From: Cycas panzhihuaensis
Taxonomy: Eukaryota; Plantae; Cycadophyta
Reading direction: 5' to 3'
Assembly (NCBI GenBank): GCA_023213395.1
Contig: CM041465.1
Coordinates: forward strand, 77,569,741-77,633,740
DNA: 64,000 bases
Both the position numbers and the translations under genes were made by a program. Under the pieces are notes generated by a model. That model did no database searches. It worked only from the letters and a program-made list of their open reading frames with translations, and was not told the DNA's origin. The stretch's first letter is position 1. Every line of letters begins with the position of its first letter. Positions 43,647 to 58,500 of the stretch are shown here, one piece after another.

Positions 43647-46600
43647 TGTTAAGGTTTGTGTATATGCAAGTTGTAGGTCAAGTGTTAAAGCAACTAGAGG
43701 TAAGGATTGTTACACACCAAGAACATGCACAAGGAGACTTGAACACCAGATTTATCGTGGGAAACTCTTGCGAAAGAAAACCCACCAACATAATATTTAA
43801 TATATTAAAATAAAGTAATAACACAGTGTTGTAAGGGTCAGATGGAACACAAGTAGATTCGATGAGATCATATTGATCCAAGTTGATTAATTAGAATACT
43901 AAGGGGGTATATATAAATTATTAAGAAATATAAATGAAAGTAAAGGTCAATAGGATCTTTCACATCAGGTAGATCACCATAGAAATCATGCACATGGGAT
44001 ATTAGATTGTCGTGGAAAACCTTTACAGGTAAAAATTCATTAAATAAAATTAATCAAATTTTTAAAAATCTAATGTTGTACATAGTTTGGACTTTGATCT
44101 ATATTTATAGATGTCAAGTGCCATAATATAATTACATTTACATTATTACATCCATTAATTTACCCAAGAATATTTCACCTACATAATAGCCATATAAATA
44201 GGCCCACTTTACATTAATCAACATGTATACACATATTCCAACATCCCTTCTTAATGTAAATGTGGGATAATAAGGTTTATCATTGGGGATAGATGACCTC
44301 TCAAGGATAACCTTATCCACTATGCATGAATGTCGATATAGTAATCTCCAGTTTGAGCTTGGTGAACATGTCCACAAGTCGATCTTCACTTAGATAATCT
44401 TCAACCTGTATCTTCCCTAATCTGATTTTTTCTAATATGTAATGGTATTATGCTTTGTATATGCTTAATTCTTTATAAATACTCCAATAGCCATTGTAAC
44501 CATACAACTTTCTCTATACTTGATACTTAGTCTATAGAACTCGGCCATATTCCTTTGACTAAACTAAGAGGTTAAGCCACTTGCCATGTGAATCTCTTCT
44601 TTAAGTCTTCATTAAGGAATGTTGATATCTCATTCATTTGATATGATATCCAACTATTTGAAGCTACTGAAAGTAAGGATCAAATGGACCAATAAACATA
44701 GAGACTGGTTTAAATGTCTCCTCATATATAAATCTTTCTTTCTACATGAAATCTCCTGCGCAATAAGTCTTTTCAACTTTCAAACCAACCAGGTTCTTGA
44801 GGGAGGAAAGGGACCTAAATTCCACATATATCACTCACCATTAATGTAGCTTTCCATTGTGAATCTTCACTCACTAGAATGTTGGTATCTATCATGAGAT
44901 TTGACTGTCATGCTAATCCACATTCTTCAATCATCCTGTAGATCTTCAACCATTAATGGAACATGGGGTTATAATCCATATCTCTTTAAATAATGGCTCC
45001 TCATAATGATGTTAGGTAAACAAACCTCCATATCTGTTGAATCATAACTCAAAGTAAAGAAATGAAGGATAAAACTTGTAATTAGATGACACTCAGTATG
45101 ATATGTCATAAACTCTTTAACTTGATATCTAGATTAATCACAATGCCTTCTCTTGTAGATCATACTATTTGTAAGTTAAACAATCCATAGGCTTCAAACT
45201 CTTATAATCCTACTACTATGATCTTTGTTTAAGATGTGTACACTCCAATGAACCAAAGGAATAAATGGAAGGCTCTTGACTTGGTCCAAACACATAACAC
45301 GAGGGGAATATATGCCATAAATAGTCATAACAAGGTGCTCATACCTGTCTACTGCAACTTCTACCATAAATCTATAGGAGGCAAATCTTAACATGCACCA
45401 ACCTCATCATTTGCATCATGATACCTACTATAATGCAACCTAAGAGGGGTACATAAGACAACAAACTCTCATTTCATACCATGACAAAGGCAAAGTTAAA
45501 TTTTTAAGGCATCTTATCATAGACCTTTCCATTCACACTTTAAATTTCTATCAAATACTCTATCTCAATTTCATATCAGATTTGTTTAGATATACACACA
45601 CATTGAACTAACATCAAACCAAGCAACAAACCCTTATGCTAACATCAAACCAACTAGAAGAGTATAATGGTCCATCATAATTGATAATTACTTATACAAA
45701 CAATAAATTTTAAACTTCATATCACCTCATATACATCTAATACAATAAAACTCAAATAACACTAAATAAAACATACTTATTTCACTAAATAAGAACACAT
45801 ACATAAACTTGTGCAATGATCTATACCACACTTATCGATAGTAATAGAGTTTTCATCACTTTGCAGCTAAGGTATCTCACTTAGCTTGCCCTTCTTCACC
45901 TATCTCTTTCTTAACACTTGCCCTATAAGGTTAATTGGTAATACTTCACTGCTTTGACCTCTTCCTTCTCGCCCATAAACTCACCCAATTAACTGGCCAT
46001 ATAACTCACATGCAACAAGTACCTCATCTCACCCTTCTCTCTCGTCCTATGCCCTTTTCTTCACCCATAAAACTCCATGTAAGTCACATTCTAAGGATTA
46101 CTAAGTCAACATGTCTCACCCATAACCGAAGCATACTTAATACACTCTCTTCTCCTCATCTCCATACCATAACATTGCCTCAATAGCTCTCTTATGTAAT
46201 TGCATACAAAGAACTACAAACAATTGCTTACTTCACTTATTAAACCCTGTCATACAATCACATGCCATAAGGATTATTTGCCACTTCATCAGCTCTCTCA
46301 TATAATTGCATGCAAGAGAACACCTCATCTTATATATGCCCAACTCAGTCTCTTATGTAAAACACATGCAAGGGAGTAAGTGAACACCATACATCACCAC
46401 AAAGTCACTAAATAGACACCATTTATATAATCATTACTATATGCCCCATAACACCATTATATGTGTACCACTTTAATCATCCATTCAAGGCATCCACTTG
46501 AAGCAAAGGGAAAATGATGAAAAACTTCTTTAATAGTGGCATAAAGATAGAGATGAAGTGTACAAATGGCAACTATATAAGTTAAACTTTCACAAATTAA

Positions 46601-49600
46601 AGGCATAAATATAAAAGGAGATTTATGCTATCAATTAAATATTAGGCAAGAAAATAATAAAAGGGCATCTTATATATCAAAATAAAGTCATAAATCTAAA
46701 TATTAGAAAATGACTTTATAAAATATAAAAAGGAAAAATTAAATATAAAAGTGGTGGTTGTAAATTTATGTATGGGTGACACAAGGAGATAAAATAAAAG
46801 CCACATTCATTAGAAATATTAATTGAAAATGATTAATATAATTGTATGGATGACTATCAATAGATGAACAACGAGCGATTATAAAATCAAAATGTATCAT
46901 ATGATCACAACAAACTACATATATCTTAGATGGGCAAACTTTAAATTTATCACACTGGGCGATAAAATATAGGTAAGTGACTATATTATTAACGATGAAT
47001 AGAGAAAAAATATTATTTATGATGATTAAAATCCATACAAGTATAATATATATGGGCAATTTACATATCACCATGTAGAGGCAATTTAATCATCACACAG
47101 TAGTATTTAATCAAAATGGGTAGAAAGATATTCAATGGTCTATAATATATACCCAGTGGAATCATGCACGTAAGGTAAACATATATATTATGCAGGGTTA
47201 TCAACACGTAGAGCTAATATATCATATAGGGCGACTAATATACCTAATAATATTAAAAACTATAGATAAATATTAAATGGGTAGTTACATATATTTTAAA
47301 AATATATATCACAATGAGTATACCTTAATATGTTGTTGTAATTATGACTTTACAGATGTTGTAACTACTTTAAGCTAATTGAAACTCTCTCGAGAGGATG
47401 TCACACTAGTAACTGGCTCTCCAACAGCTTCTATAGGGCACCAGGGGCTATAAATACACTCCATAAGTGGCTAGGCTCTCTATGCAGCTATAAACTCAAT
47501 GGCATCTTCAAATAAGGATCTAACACCTTCAATAGGCTTAAATAGAGCTCAAATGGTTGGTAACAAAGTAATCAGGGCTAGAAATCACCTTTTACTGATT
47601 TACACACCTTCATAGATCTTAGAATATATGCAAACATAATTTATAAGGCTTTCAAGATCCTCTAATGATCATCTACACTTTTGTGGTTATTTTGTAGGGT
47701 TGTTAGACATGCCAATCCACTAAGGACAAGTCAACATGACTTGGCATTAATGATTGGACCATCTGATAAAAATACTTTGTCTATGCATGACCTGCAAACT
47801 TTGATACCATGTTGGGAAATACAAATAAAAGTAAAGGTTGACAGGATCTTTCACATTTGGTAAATCATAATAGAAAACATACACACGAGATATCATATTA
47901 CTATGGGAAACCCTTATAGGTGAAAACCCACCAAAAAAATATCATTCATATTTTTGATAATTTAATGTTATATAAGATATGAATTTTGGTATATATTTAT
48001 AGATCTCAACTGCCATAATATAATTACATTTATATTGTTATATTTTTCGACTCACCCATATCGAGAATATTCCACCTATATATTAGCTACATAAATAGGC
48101 CCACTTTACATTAATCAATATGTATACACATATTCTAACATAAGTACACCCCAAAATGGTGTCACAACCCTTTGCATATAGATGTGATTCTTCATTGCAC
48201 CTATTTATATAAGAATGCATTCCTCCATCATACTTGCTTATGATAACTATCTCCTAATGAAGCATTAAGTGTATAGTTAACTTGAGTTAATTATTGCAAC
48301 GTCCCCCTGTTAATATAAATAAGGGATGAAGCAAAAATAACTACTTTACTAGTCAAGAGATCTATCCTTGTAGACTGATCCCTCCCTAAGGGGTGATCTT
48401 ACTGAGTGTTGATTGGTGATGTTCATCCAATAGCTCCTTGAATCGATTCACAACTCGGTTAGTGGTTGAAAAAGATTTTACTTGAAGCTTGCTTTCATAA
48501 AATACTTCTAATTAACTAGTATTTCACTTCTAATATTGATATATAATCTTGTATGTACTCTTCTCTTAAACTAAGAGTTTTTTTCATAAGTTAAAATATT
48601 TTATCAACTAAAGACGAGTCTAAATTGAACACAGGGTATGTACCATTAGCTCAATTCAATTGGTTAAAAAATATAGACTAAATATTACTTTGATGTAACT
48701 CTCTACCAAGTGTAGCTGTTATATTTAACTTGTTTAATAGCTTCTAATCTATGGGTGCAGTCATTATTTCATGGATAATTCAAATAGAAGGGATATTTTC
48801 ATGCAAAGAATCTTTGTCCTCCTCCATAGCTATTCTCTAAGAAGGATTCATTTACCATAATGAATTGAGAGCATGGGAGTAAATGACTTTTGTCATTTGA
48901 ATTCAACTAGTAGTTTAGATTTTAATGAACATTTTTATTACATCCTCAGTTATGACCAATAATAACTTAGAGGAGGTTGCCATCTATTCAATGAGTAACT
49001 AGTGGTTTTTATTACTTTTTACTTCATCTTCCTCTTAGAGCTCGACCTTTGTAGGATTAAGAGATGTCATGAAGGGTGAGTAACAAACATTTAATAGTAG
49101 AGACTTATCTAACTAGTATGTCAATACTTCATTAATATTTATATCCTAACAATGAAGAAGCTTTTGTATCATCAGATCTCTTAGTCTATAGGTATGACTA
49201 TTTCCATAGTATTTGACAAAATCTCTTTTATGATTATGGTTAGATTTTTTCAACTGTTTGTCAGATATTAATGCATTTGTGATATATCCAAAGAAATTTT
49301 TAATGGAAGGCTTTCAAATAGTGCATATTTCATGTGGCATCACACTTTAAACTATAGAGATTGGAATCTAGTTCATCATATGAATAGTGGTTCTCATAAC
49401 TTTTATCCCAAAATTAGATGTCATATATTGTGTTTGTACCATACACAATACCATGTCGATTAAGGTACTATATTTCTGAATGGCAACTCCATTATGTGGG
49501 ATTAACTCAATATCATGATTAGAATAGAACTTAGAAATGTGATTGTCATTGGCTTTTTCAGTATTGCTTCTTAACAATTTTATCTAATTTTCACATATCT

Positions 49601-52496
49601 TTTCAACTGTTGCTTTAAATTATTTTATTTTTTATGTATCTTTCACTTGTGACTTATCTTTGGGAGAGTATACCCAAGTATCTTGACTTGAAAGAAGATT
49701 TAGATTCATTATAGGTGTATACCATAGACAACCACATTTCACTACGAGTATTTTAATATTTTTGACTGGTACCACATTATCATTATTGAGTATGACATTT
49801 ATCTCACTAAAATTTTGTTTTAATATATTAGAACTTTGCTTACTAGGAGAGATATATTGTTGTGCACTTGAGTTAGTTGATACTCACACATAATAAGTTG
49901 CAATCTTCTCCTTTCTATTAGCCTTCCTTAAGTTCTTTTTCCTCACCCAATAGTCCTTTTCCTTGTGATCCATCCTTTTATAATAGGTACATGTATTGTT
50001 ATATTTATTCTTCTTCTCTTTATTGGTACCCTCTTTATGTAAGTATTTATCCCTATCTTTATTCTTATTCTTTTGAACTTTTAAGGATAGGACATGACTA
50101 ATATCAGTAGAACCTATAAACCCATGATGTTTAAGCTTAACTTTCTCTATAAGAAGTAACTCATTTAACTTCTAAAATGAAGTATCTTGTAACATCTTAT
50201 CAACATTATACATAACTGCTGGTCACTTGTTAATTATAATTGTGAATAGGATTTTATCACTAATTAGGTATTCTTCTATTCCCTTTAGATTATTCCTAAT
50301 ATTAGTCAACTTATTCAAATAGGTGCTGATGTTGCTCTCATCCTTAATATAGGAGCTAAATAGTTCACCCAGTAAGATGACCAAACTGTTTATCTTATTT
50401 TGTTTAAACATGTCATATAGGGTCTTCCAAATGTCATGTGGCATATTAAACTTATGGACAAGTGCCCTCTGATCTAGGGCAAGAAAGAGCTTTAGTAGAC
50501 TAGTGGCATGAAGCTACTTTCTTTATGTTAGTTTATCTAGTTTAATGTCAAGTTTGCCTTCTTTTTTCTTGAGTGGAGCCTTATAAGTTAGGTCCCAAAG
50601 CTCCTAGACCATCAATATGAGCTCTATGTTGGACTTCTACTCCTTGAAATTAGTGTTGTCAATGATCACTTACATCAATAAGGTTGTTTTAGTGTCCATA
50701 TATATAGATACTTTGAATTTACTTCCAGTTTTAATGTTAATCAAAGAAATAATGCATAAAAAAAAAAAAAACACTTTTTAATGCTATAAACTTCTCGACG
50801 AAGGTAGTATACTCTAAGCATAAACGCCACATATTACCAGGTCAAATCTAGATAAGATAATTACTGAATAAACATTGTAAAGTGTGTTAAAAAATAATAA
50901 ATCACTTTATCTTTAAAGTTTCAAGTATATATATTGAATTAAGAATATTTAAAAGAATATTCTCTTTGACTCCTCTAAAGTCGTGCAAATCATATTTTGT
51001 AAAAAATATCATTAATATCTATTAATCACCCCTTCAAACTATACTAAAATATTAGAAACATTAATTAAATGATATTTATTTAATTTATATCATTTTGTTC
51101 TTCAATATACAAATGACGGTGATAGTTTCTACACATGATAGATTTTTTGACAACGTGCGATTATTTTTTATAGAAATATTAAAAATATGTAGTAAAAGAA
51201 ATTTAGATAATTAATTTAGTGATTCACATGCCTTTAATTTTTGTCAAATAATTATAATACATCAATATTATATTAAGATAGGATTTATTCTTAAATGATA
51301 ACATCTCTTTTTATGCAATAAAGATGATAACATCATATTCACATGTGATTTAATTTGTATGCCTCTTATTCGTGTAGGTTACATGACAATGGTTTAGATA
51401 AACTAATCTTGTAGTCCTCTATTATGTCATGGATTATAGAGGTGATGGCGATTCCTTCATGCACAACTTGATAATAATCAATCTTTGATGTTTACTAAAA
51501 TATGATTTTGGTATTTTATTGATATATTAATATCCCTTTATGTTTTTTTTATATATTATTATAATGCTTTGGAAGAGGCAAAAGAGTTGTTGTGAAGTTG
51601 CAGCATTGTGTACATCTTTCAAGTCCTCTTAGATTATTTCGAATAAAGTCAAACAAGTAGATTCTTCTTCAAACTCCCACAGTTCATGCATCAACCAATC
51701 TATTTATAAAAAAACTACCTATTTTATATTGTACAACTTTAATTTGAAGCCCAACACAACTAAATGGTTCCCAACTTCTTCAAAACTTGCCCAAAATTAC
51801 TTTTGTGATATCCAATCTGAGCCCAATATTGTTGTATAGCTTTTGTTGATGCCTAATGTCACTGTATTACTTCTATTATAGGTGCCATAATCATATAAGG
51901 TGCCTAATGTATTTTAGCAACTTCAGATGGTCTCTTTTTTCAGTGTCAGCATGATCTATGGATCTCTAATCTTTGAATTTGACCAATTAGTGACAAACTC
52001 ACTTATTTTAATCTCATATTTGAGTTCTAACATTATTCCTTGCTTTCTCAAGCTCTGATACCATGTAAAGGTTTATGTATATATAGGTTGTAGGTCAGGC
52101 GTTAAATTAATCAGAAGTAGGGATTATTATATACATGCTAGGAACATACACAAGGAGACTTAAACACTAGATTTATCGTGAAAAACTCTTAAGAGAGAAT
52201 ACCCACCAACATAATGTTTAATATATTAAAATAAAGTAATAACATAGTATTTCAAGGGTGAGATGGAACACGGGTAGATTTGATGAGAACACATTGATCT
52301 GAGCTGATTGATTGGAATACCAAGGGGTTACATTTAAATACACCCTAAAATGATGTCGTAACCCTTTGTATATGGATGCAATTCTTTATCATACATGTTC
52401 ATATAAGGATGCATCCCTCCTTTATAACTATTTATGATAATTATTCCCTAATGAAGTATTAAGTATATAGTTGGCCTAAGTTAACTATCGTTAACA
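43647..52496 (-). mobile_element. Ty1/Copia with most of RT/RNase H deleted; its 3' LTR is split by a nested element
   Basis: 5' LTR 52064-~52496 next to a perfect PBS (GCTCTGATACCA on +, 52052-52063). 3' LTR in two pieces, 43647-43918 and 48141-48301, followed by the PPT complement tccccctgttaa. Gag ~50100-50700 (IWKTLYDMF...ISTYLNKL), knuckle ~49955-49995, integrase ~49100-49700, RT start AMEED ~48820. No TSD found. Confidence 0.87.
43919..48140 (-). mobile_element. Internally deleted Copia-type LTR element nested in the LTR of 43647-52496
   Basis: LTRs 43919-44243 and 47810-48140; PBS complement actttgatacca ending 47809; PPT complement tcccttcttaa at 44244-44254; TSD TAAAT/TAAGT (TAAAT occurs once at this site in the intact host LTR). 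Very decayed RT/RNase H traces ~44400-45480. Confidence 0.88.
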
Positions 52497-52568
52497 TTGT
52501 GAATTTATTTTGTCCCTCTTATTATGTACAAAAGTTTTATAAATTATGAGTTACAAGTTTAAGTCATT

Positions 52569-55500
52569 TATTAAGTAACCTCTTAATGTTAGCAACATAT
52601 AAGCATCTGATTGCATGGTTAAGTTTGAGAAGGTTAATGTTAATTATTTAATTGCATGTTAAAGTGAAAAAGATTAATGTCAATTATTAATTTATCTGTA
52701 TAGGCCACATATCTCCACTAATGAGATTAAAGGTTACATAGTTCACCTATACGATGTTAGGAAAACTGACCACCTTTGTTTAATTAAGGCTAAACATTTG
52801 TAAAGAGATCTCTTATATCATAACCTTATCTTGTGAGATTGTGCTTACATACATCTTATCTTTTGGTGTTCTTTAAGCTTTATTGCATTATTCTCTTATA
52901 CTTTTGATGTAATCTAAGTTATTGAACTATTAATAAAAATCTATTATACTCTCTTTTTTATCATAAGATTCCATTGGTTGTTGGTTAGATTTGTATCAAG
53001 TGGTATCAATGTGAGTTGCAAAGATCTAGCAAGAGCATTGAAAGCTATAAAAAAGGGAATTTTTTCTTCCCTCTTAGTGATTTATAAAATCTTTCTTTAT
53101 AACTAGTTTCATTTTAAAGTTCTAATCAATTTTGCTACTCTATGTTAGTCATTTACAATCAAGTAATATAGTTTAAATCCTAAGTCCCACCCTCCCTTTT
53201 CTTAGAGTTTAGGTAGATACTCTATAGTGGGGGTCTATAAAAATCACAAGGATTTGTTATTTTCAATTAATCACAATTACATATAAGCTTTTATTTGAAA
53301 TGAGATACAGATTGTGCCAATACCTAGGCCTTAAATAGAACTCGGCTACAAAATTAAGTCTCCATGTACATTTAGGTATATAGGAGGACACTTATAGGTC
53401 CCCTTATTAGTTTTAGCATAGGAAGACTATTGTTTATTTGTCCCTCAATGGTACATAGGTTAGTGAATAGTTCTCAAAAGTTGCCCTACTTGAATACCCC
53501 TACATGATTGTAAACCTTATGGGTACAAATATTTCTCTACAAGTAGTGCCCTAAGATATCGGGTCAAGTCATAGTAATAACAAGAAAGTTTATCATAGGG
53601 CCTACAAAGCTAAACACTCCTTTGTTAAGGTCTGGTAAGTGCCCTTATCACCTGTACAACATTTATTATATACACATTTCATACAAAGATCTAAAGATTA
53701 TTGTATTTCTATCAATACTATTAGAAAATTATTACATATTTTGACTATAAGATTAAAGAAATGACTATGACCTTTATCGAATTTAAATTAGAAAAAATAC
53801 TCCTTACAAATACCACTATAATCAATAAGGTGATCATACAAAAAAAAAAAAAAAGAGTAATAAGACTATAAAATTAGAGCATTCATTATATTTCTGCAAA
53901 ATTTATACAATTCAACTTTTAAGATTTTAAAATAATTAACATCTAAAAACACAACAATGGAGATTTTATCAAAACCTTTAGTATCATCTATGTCTTGCCT
54001 AGTCCATATTCGAGTCAATGTTCACTTCACTTGAGTCCAACCCATATTAGAGTTAATATTTAGTTTAGTTGAGTTTAGTATTTTAGACCCTTAATTTCTT
54101 AGTCAGTCCTCTTCAGTCCAACCAAAAAAAGAAGAAGAAGAAGAAAGAGGCATAACTTTGCTAATACTTCTCAAATTCAAATGAGACTTGACACCAAAAA
54201 AATAAGTCCATGATCCTTAAGTGACCATAAAAATTCATACATCTTATTTTGATCATTTCATCATGTTGATTAGTCTCCATTAGGTCATTTTTAACTATCA
54301 TTTTTAGGGAAAATTGACCTACAAGCATCCCTATGGGCTTTGCATGCCTCAATTTTCTACTTACCACTCACCTATAACATCTTAATGAGCTCATCGTGCT
54401 TGTACAAATGCACTGGGTGATTTTTGTACTCCAATTTTAGGGTCAACAATCTATAAACACCTTACATACCATCCTTTCGCCCCTTCCTTTTCCCCTTTCA
54501 TATATTCCCATTTCTTTAACACCTATTTTACTTATCTTTCCCTATTTGATCAAAACCTATTTTGTCTTATTTCTCTCGTTTCTTATATCCCTTTCTTCTT
54601 ACTATATCCCACTTCATTAAGACCTTTTCTATCTTTTATAAATGATAGCACCACCAAACTAATTTGAGTGGCTCTCATCTTTGGAAATATAATTCCTTAC
54701 TATGAAGGATATGTATAAATATGATACATCTAAGCTCTTAATGGACCTTATGAATCTAGTCAAAGAGGTTGCAACCAAACATGTCCAACTCTCCACTTTT
54801 TTGTGATGTTTACCTCTAACTCCATAAATATCTCACAAGGTAAAATTTTATAAGGTAGAACCCCATCTCCCCAGTATTTACATCAACAAATATTTAATTA
54901 TAAGATCAATATATCAATATTTAATCTAGACCTTAATAAGGATGAAGTTTATAATTGGATTAGTAAACTGAATTTATACTTTACAATTAATTAGAGGTCC
55001 TAAATTGATTAATAGATATTTTCCTCCATTAACTTAAAAGGAAAAGTCCATCACTAGTATAACTAGTAGACTTAGGAATAACCAACAAATTAAACATAGG
55101 ATTAATTTTGTAAATAATTCTTCAAACAATATGAGAAGACATGGAGCTAGTCGATTTTTAACCAACTTACTTGGTTAAGATAATAAACTTTAGTAGAAGC
55201 ATATACTAATGAGTTCTAGGTTATTCATAATAGAGTTACCCAAAATCTTGATAAGTAAATACTAATTGAAATATGCATAGTTAGTCTCAAAGAAAGGATT
55301 CAAATGAGACTAAGGAATAACTAGCCCCCTAGTCTTAGAGATGCCATCAATATAACCATGGCAATTAAAGTTTAGTTTATAGTAGAGTAAGTATCTAACT
55401 TTAGAAGAGACTCAATATGGTCTAGTTGCATAAGGCTAATATATCCATATAGGCCCCTAAGGTTTCAAGTAGAGAACCCTCAACAATAACCAATAGAATG

Positions 55501-58500
55501 ACTAACAACAAAATAGTCATCAATACTAGTATAGATACCTATATCTGAGGCAGACAAACATAGGGAAGTTGGCCTATGCAGATAGTGCATAGAAAAATAG
55601 TTCCAAGGCATGATAAAGTATGTAAACCTAAAAGAGTAGTATTCACCATTGACATCGATTTTTATTTCAAGATGAAATAGAACATAAACCATTATTGAAA
55701 ACCTTCCTACCACTTGAACCCATACTTAAAGACTCCTTATCTATTATTTTCTCTTTTTCCTATCCTGGTCTATTATAAATAAGAAGGATCCTAAGGAAGA
55801 CTCCCATTACAATTTTGATTGATAGTGGTATAACATTAAACTTTATAGATATTACAGTATCTAGATAACTAAAATTTTATATTGAGCTAAAAATAAATTT
55901 TAATTATTCTTTACAGAGCCACTTCACCCTTCATTATGTAGGAGTTATTTGAAACCTCTAAGTCCAAATCAACACATATAAACTCAAGTTAGATTTTTAT
56001 ATCTTATACATTGGGGGATTAGATGCCATCCTAAGAGTCCAATATTTCTAAATATTAGTTACTTATAGTGCTAATATTTATCCAAATAATCTATTTATAA
56101 TATTTAAAGATTAGTATGGTCAAACTCATATACTATACAGTCTCTAGTCACTGCCAAACAAAGTTATTTCGCCCAAGTAGATGAGAAAGAAACTCAATGG
56201 TAGTGTCAGATATATTGTGACCTCAATAGCATTTAACTATAATTAGAAGTCAGCTTGCATATCTAAACCACTCAAATTTAGTACCAATTCATCTTTACCC
56301 TTTTACTTAGTAGCCTTCTCCTAGATTGTAAATTTTACTGTACTATAGAACTCAAGAACCCCCATAACCTTATCAACTATGTCTATGCCAAAATTATCAC
56401 TTTCAAAAGAATGAGATTAAGTTCATTACTAATTAACTCATATACATAGGAATAATATAGCCTAGTAAAAGCCCTTATGCAATCCCTATTGCGATAGTTT
56501 ACATAAAAGATGGTTCTTTTTAGCTTTATGTTGATTATAGAGAACTCAACAAAATCATCATTAAGAAAAAGTTCTCCACGCCTAGATTGATGATATGTTG
56601 GATGAGATCCATAGAGCCATAATTTTTTCTAAATTAGGCTTGCAATTTAGATACTATCAAATACTAATAGTGCCTAAAGACAAGCAAAAAATGACTTTTA
56701 AACTTACCATATCCAGTTCAAGTTTTAGGTTATGTAATTTGGGCTATGTAATGTTCTTGCCATCTTCCAAGCCCTTGCCAATAATATTTTTACACCTTAT
56801 ATTTACAAATTCATTATTATCTTCTTTAATGATATACTAATTTATAGTATCAACATGTCCTTACATCTCCAATATTTAGAAACCACCCTTCAAATTCTTG
56901 AGCAAAATCAATTATATACTAAGAAGTTAAATTGTGAATTTGTTAAAACTGAACTATAGTACTTGGATCACATTATTTCCATAAGAGGTGTATGAGTTCA
57001 TCCATATAAAATATCACTCATCACTAAGTGGCCCATACCAAAGAACCTCACCTAATTATGGGCCTTCCTTAGACTAACTAGCTTTTATCATCATTCCATC
57101 ATAAATTATGCCTCCATAGCATCCCCCCATTAACAAATTTACTTTGTAAGGATTCCTTCCAATGGTTACCAAGTACTGATGATGCTTTCAACTATTTGAA
57201 AGTATTTATGTTAACCATACCAATCCTTACCACCCTAAATATTTTCTAGCCTTTTCAATTAGAATATAATGCTTTAAGTATTGGGTTAGGGTTGTCCTCA
57301 TGCAAAATTTCCACCCAATCATATTTGAAAATTCTAAGCTTAAAGAGAATGAGTGTAGGTTATCAACCTATTAAAAAGAAATGAGGGTCATTTTACATGT
57401 AATAGATAAGTCGTGCTAATATCAACTTTTATATAAGTTTACCATTTTGACCAATCATCATAGTCTTCAATGCCTATTAGACTAACCAATTTTGTTTGAA
57501 GAACAAGCCAAGTGGGTTGATAGATTACAAGACTTTGACTTCAACATCTTATATAAGAAGGGAAAGGACAACATTATTATAGATGCCCTTTCTTATCTTC
57601 CATCTAAACCTACCATCCAAGCCATCTCTATGCCCTAACCTTCCTAGTTATAAGACTTAGTTGAAGATAATAAATCTCAACCTAACTTTACCACATGGGT
57701 TAATAAAGTTTAGAGTCATAAATATTGGACTTTATAGAATAATTATATTTTCTACTATAATCATATTTTTGTTCACATGATATCATTATTTATTTACCAT
57801 ATGTTGTCCAAATATCATAATACCCTCGAGATTTGATAAAATATATCATTAGATTTAGTTAGTTTTTTATTAGCTCCATATGAAGTCTATTATCCTCATA
57901 TATGTATCCTAATATAATAAATGTTAATGCAATAAGGTGGATACTAAGGCCAATTAGGCCTACTTCAACCCCTAAAAATTCTTCAAGGTAAATGGAAAGA
58001 CATTGCTATGGATTTTATCATTGGGCTCCTATTATCATTTAGGTATAGTTTTATTTGGGTTATCATAGATCACTTGACAAATATGCTTATTTCATACTTA
58101 TCTATACTAAATAGGAGAAGGGTGGGGGGTGGGGGGTACTTGTTTTTTTTTTTTAAGATAAAAAATACATATAATTGAATTATAAACTTAAATATAATAT
58201 AAGGAGCTAAAGAGCCTAGAGATTAAGTGGATGTACTTACTCAATCTTTTACATGATGTGCATATAACATAGCAAAATTAGAGTGTAGATTTTTCTTGAC
58301 TTTTTTTCAAAGAGAAGTGAAACGAGAATTGTAAGATAGTCATAGTAGAATATCCTTTCTTATATGCTCAAAAGTTTGATTAAGGGACATGACTATTTTT
58401 TGAAAATAAGCTATGGTATGAATTTTCTAAATTTCATACAAGGTGGTCTTAAGAAGAAGAAATTAGAGGTTTATCAAGTGTTGGTGAGCTAGTGGGGGAA

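Noticed and set aside
52052-52063. tRNA gene at TGGTATCAGAGC matches
   Set aside because: These are 11-12 nt primer-binding sites next to LTRs, not full tRNA genes.
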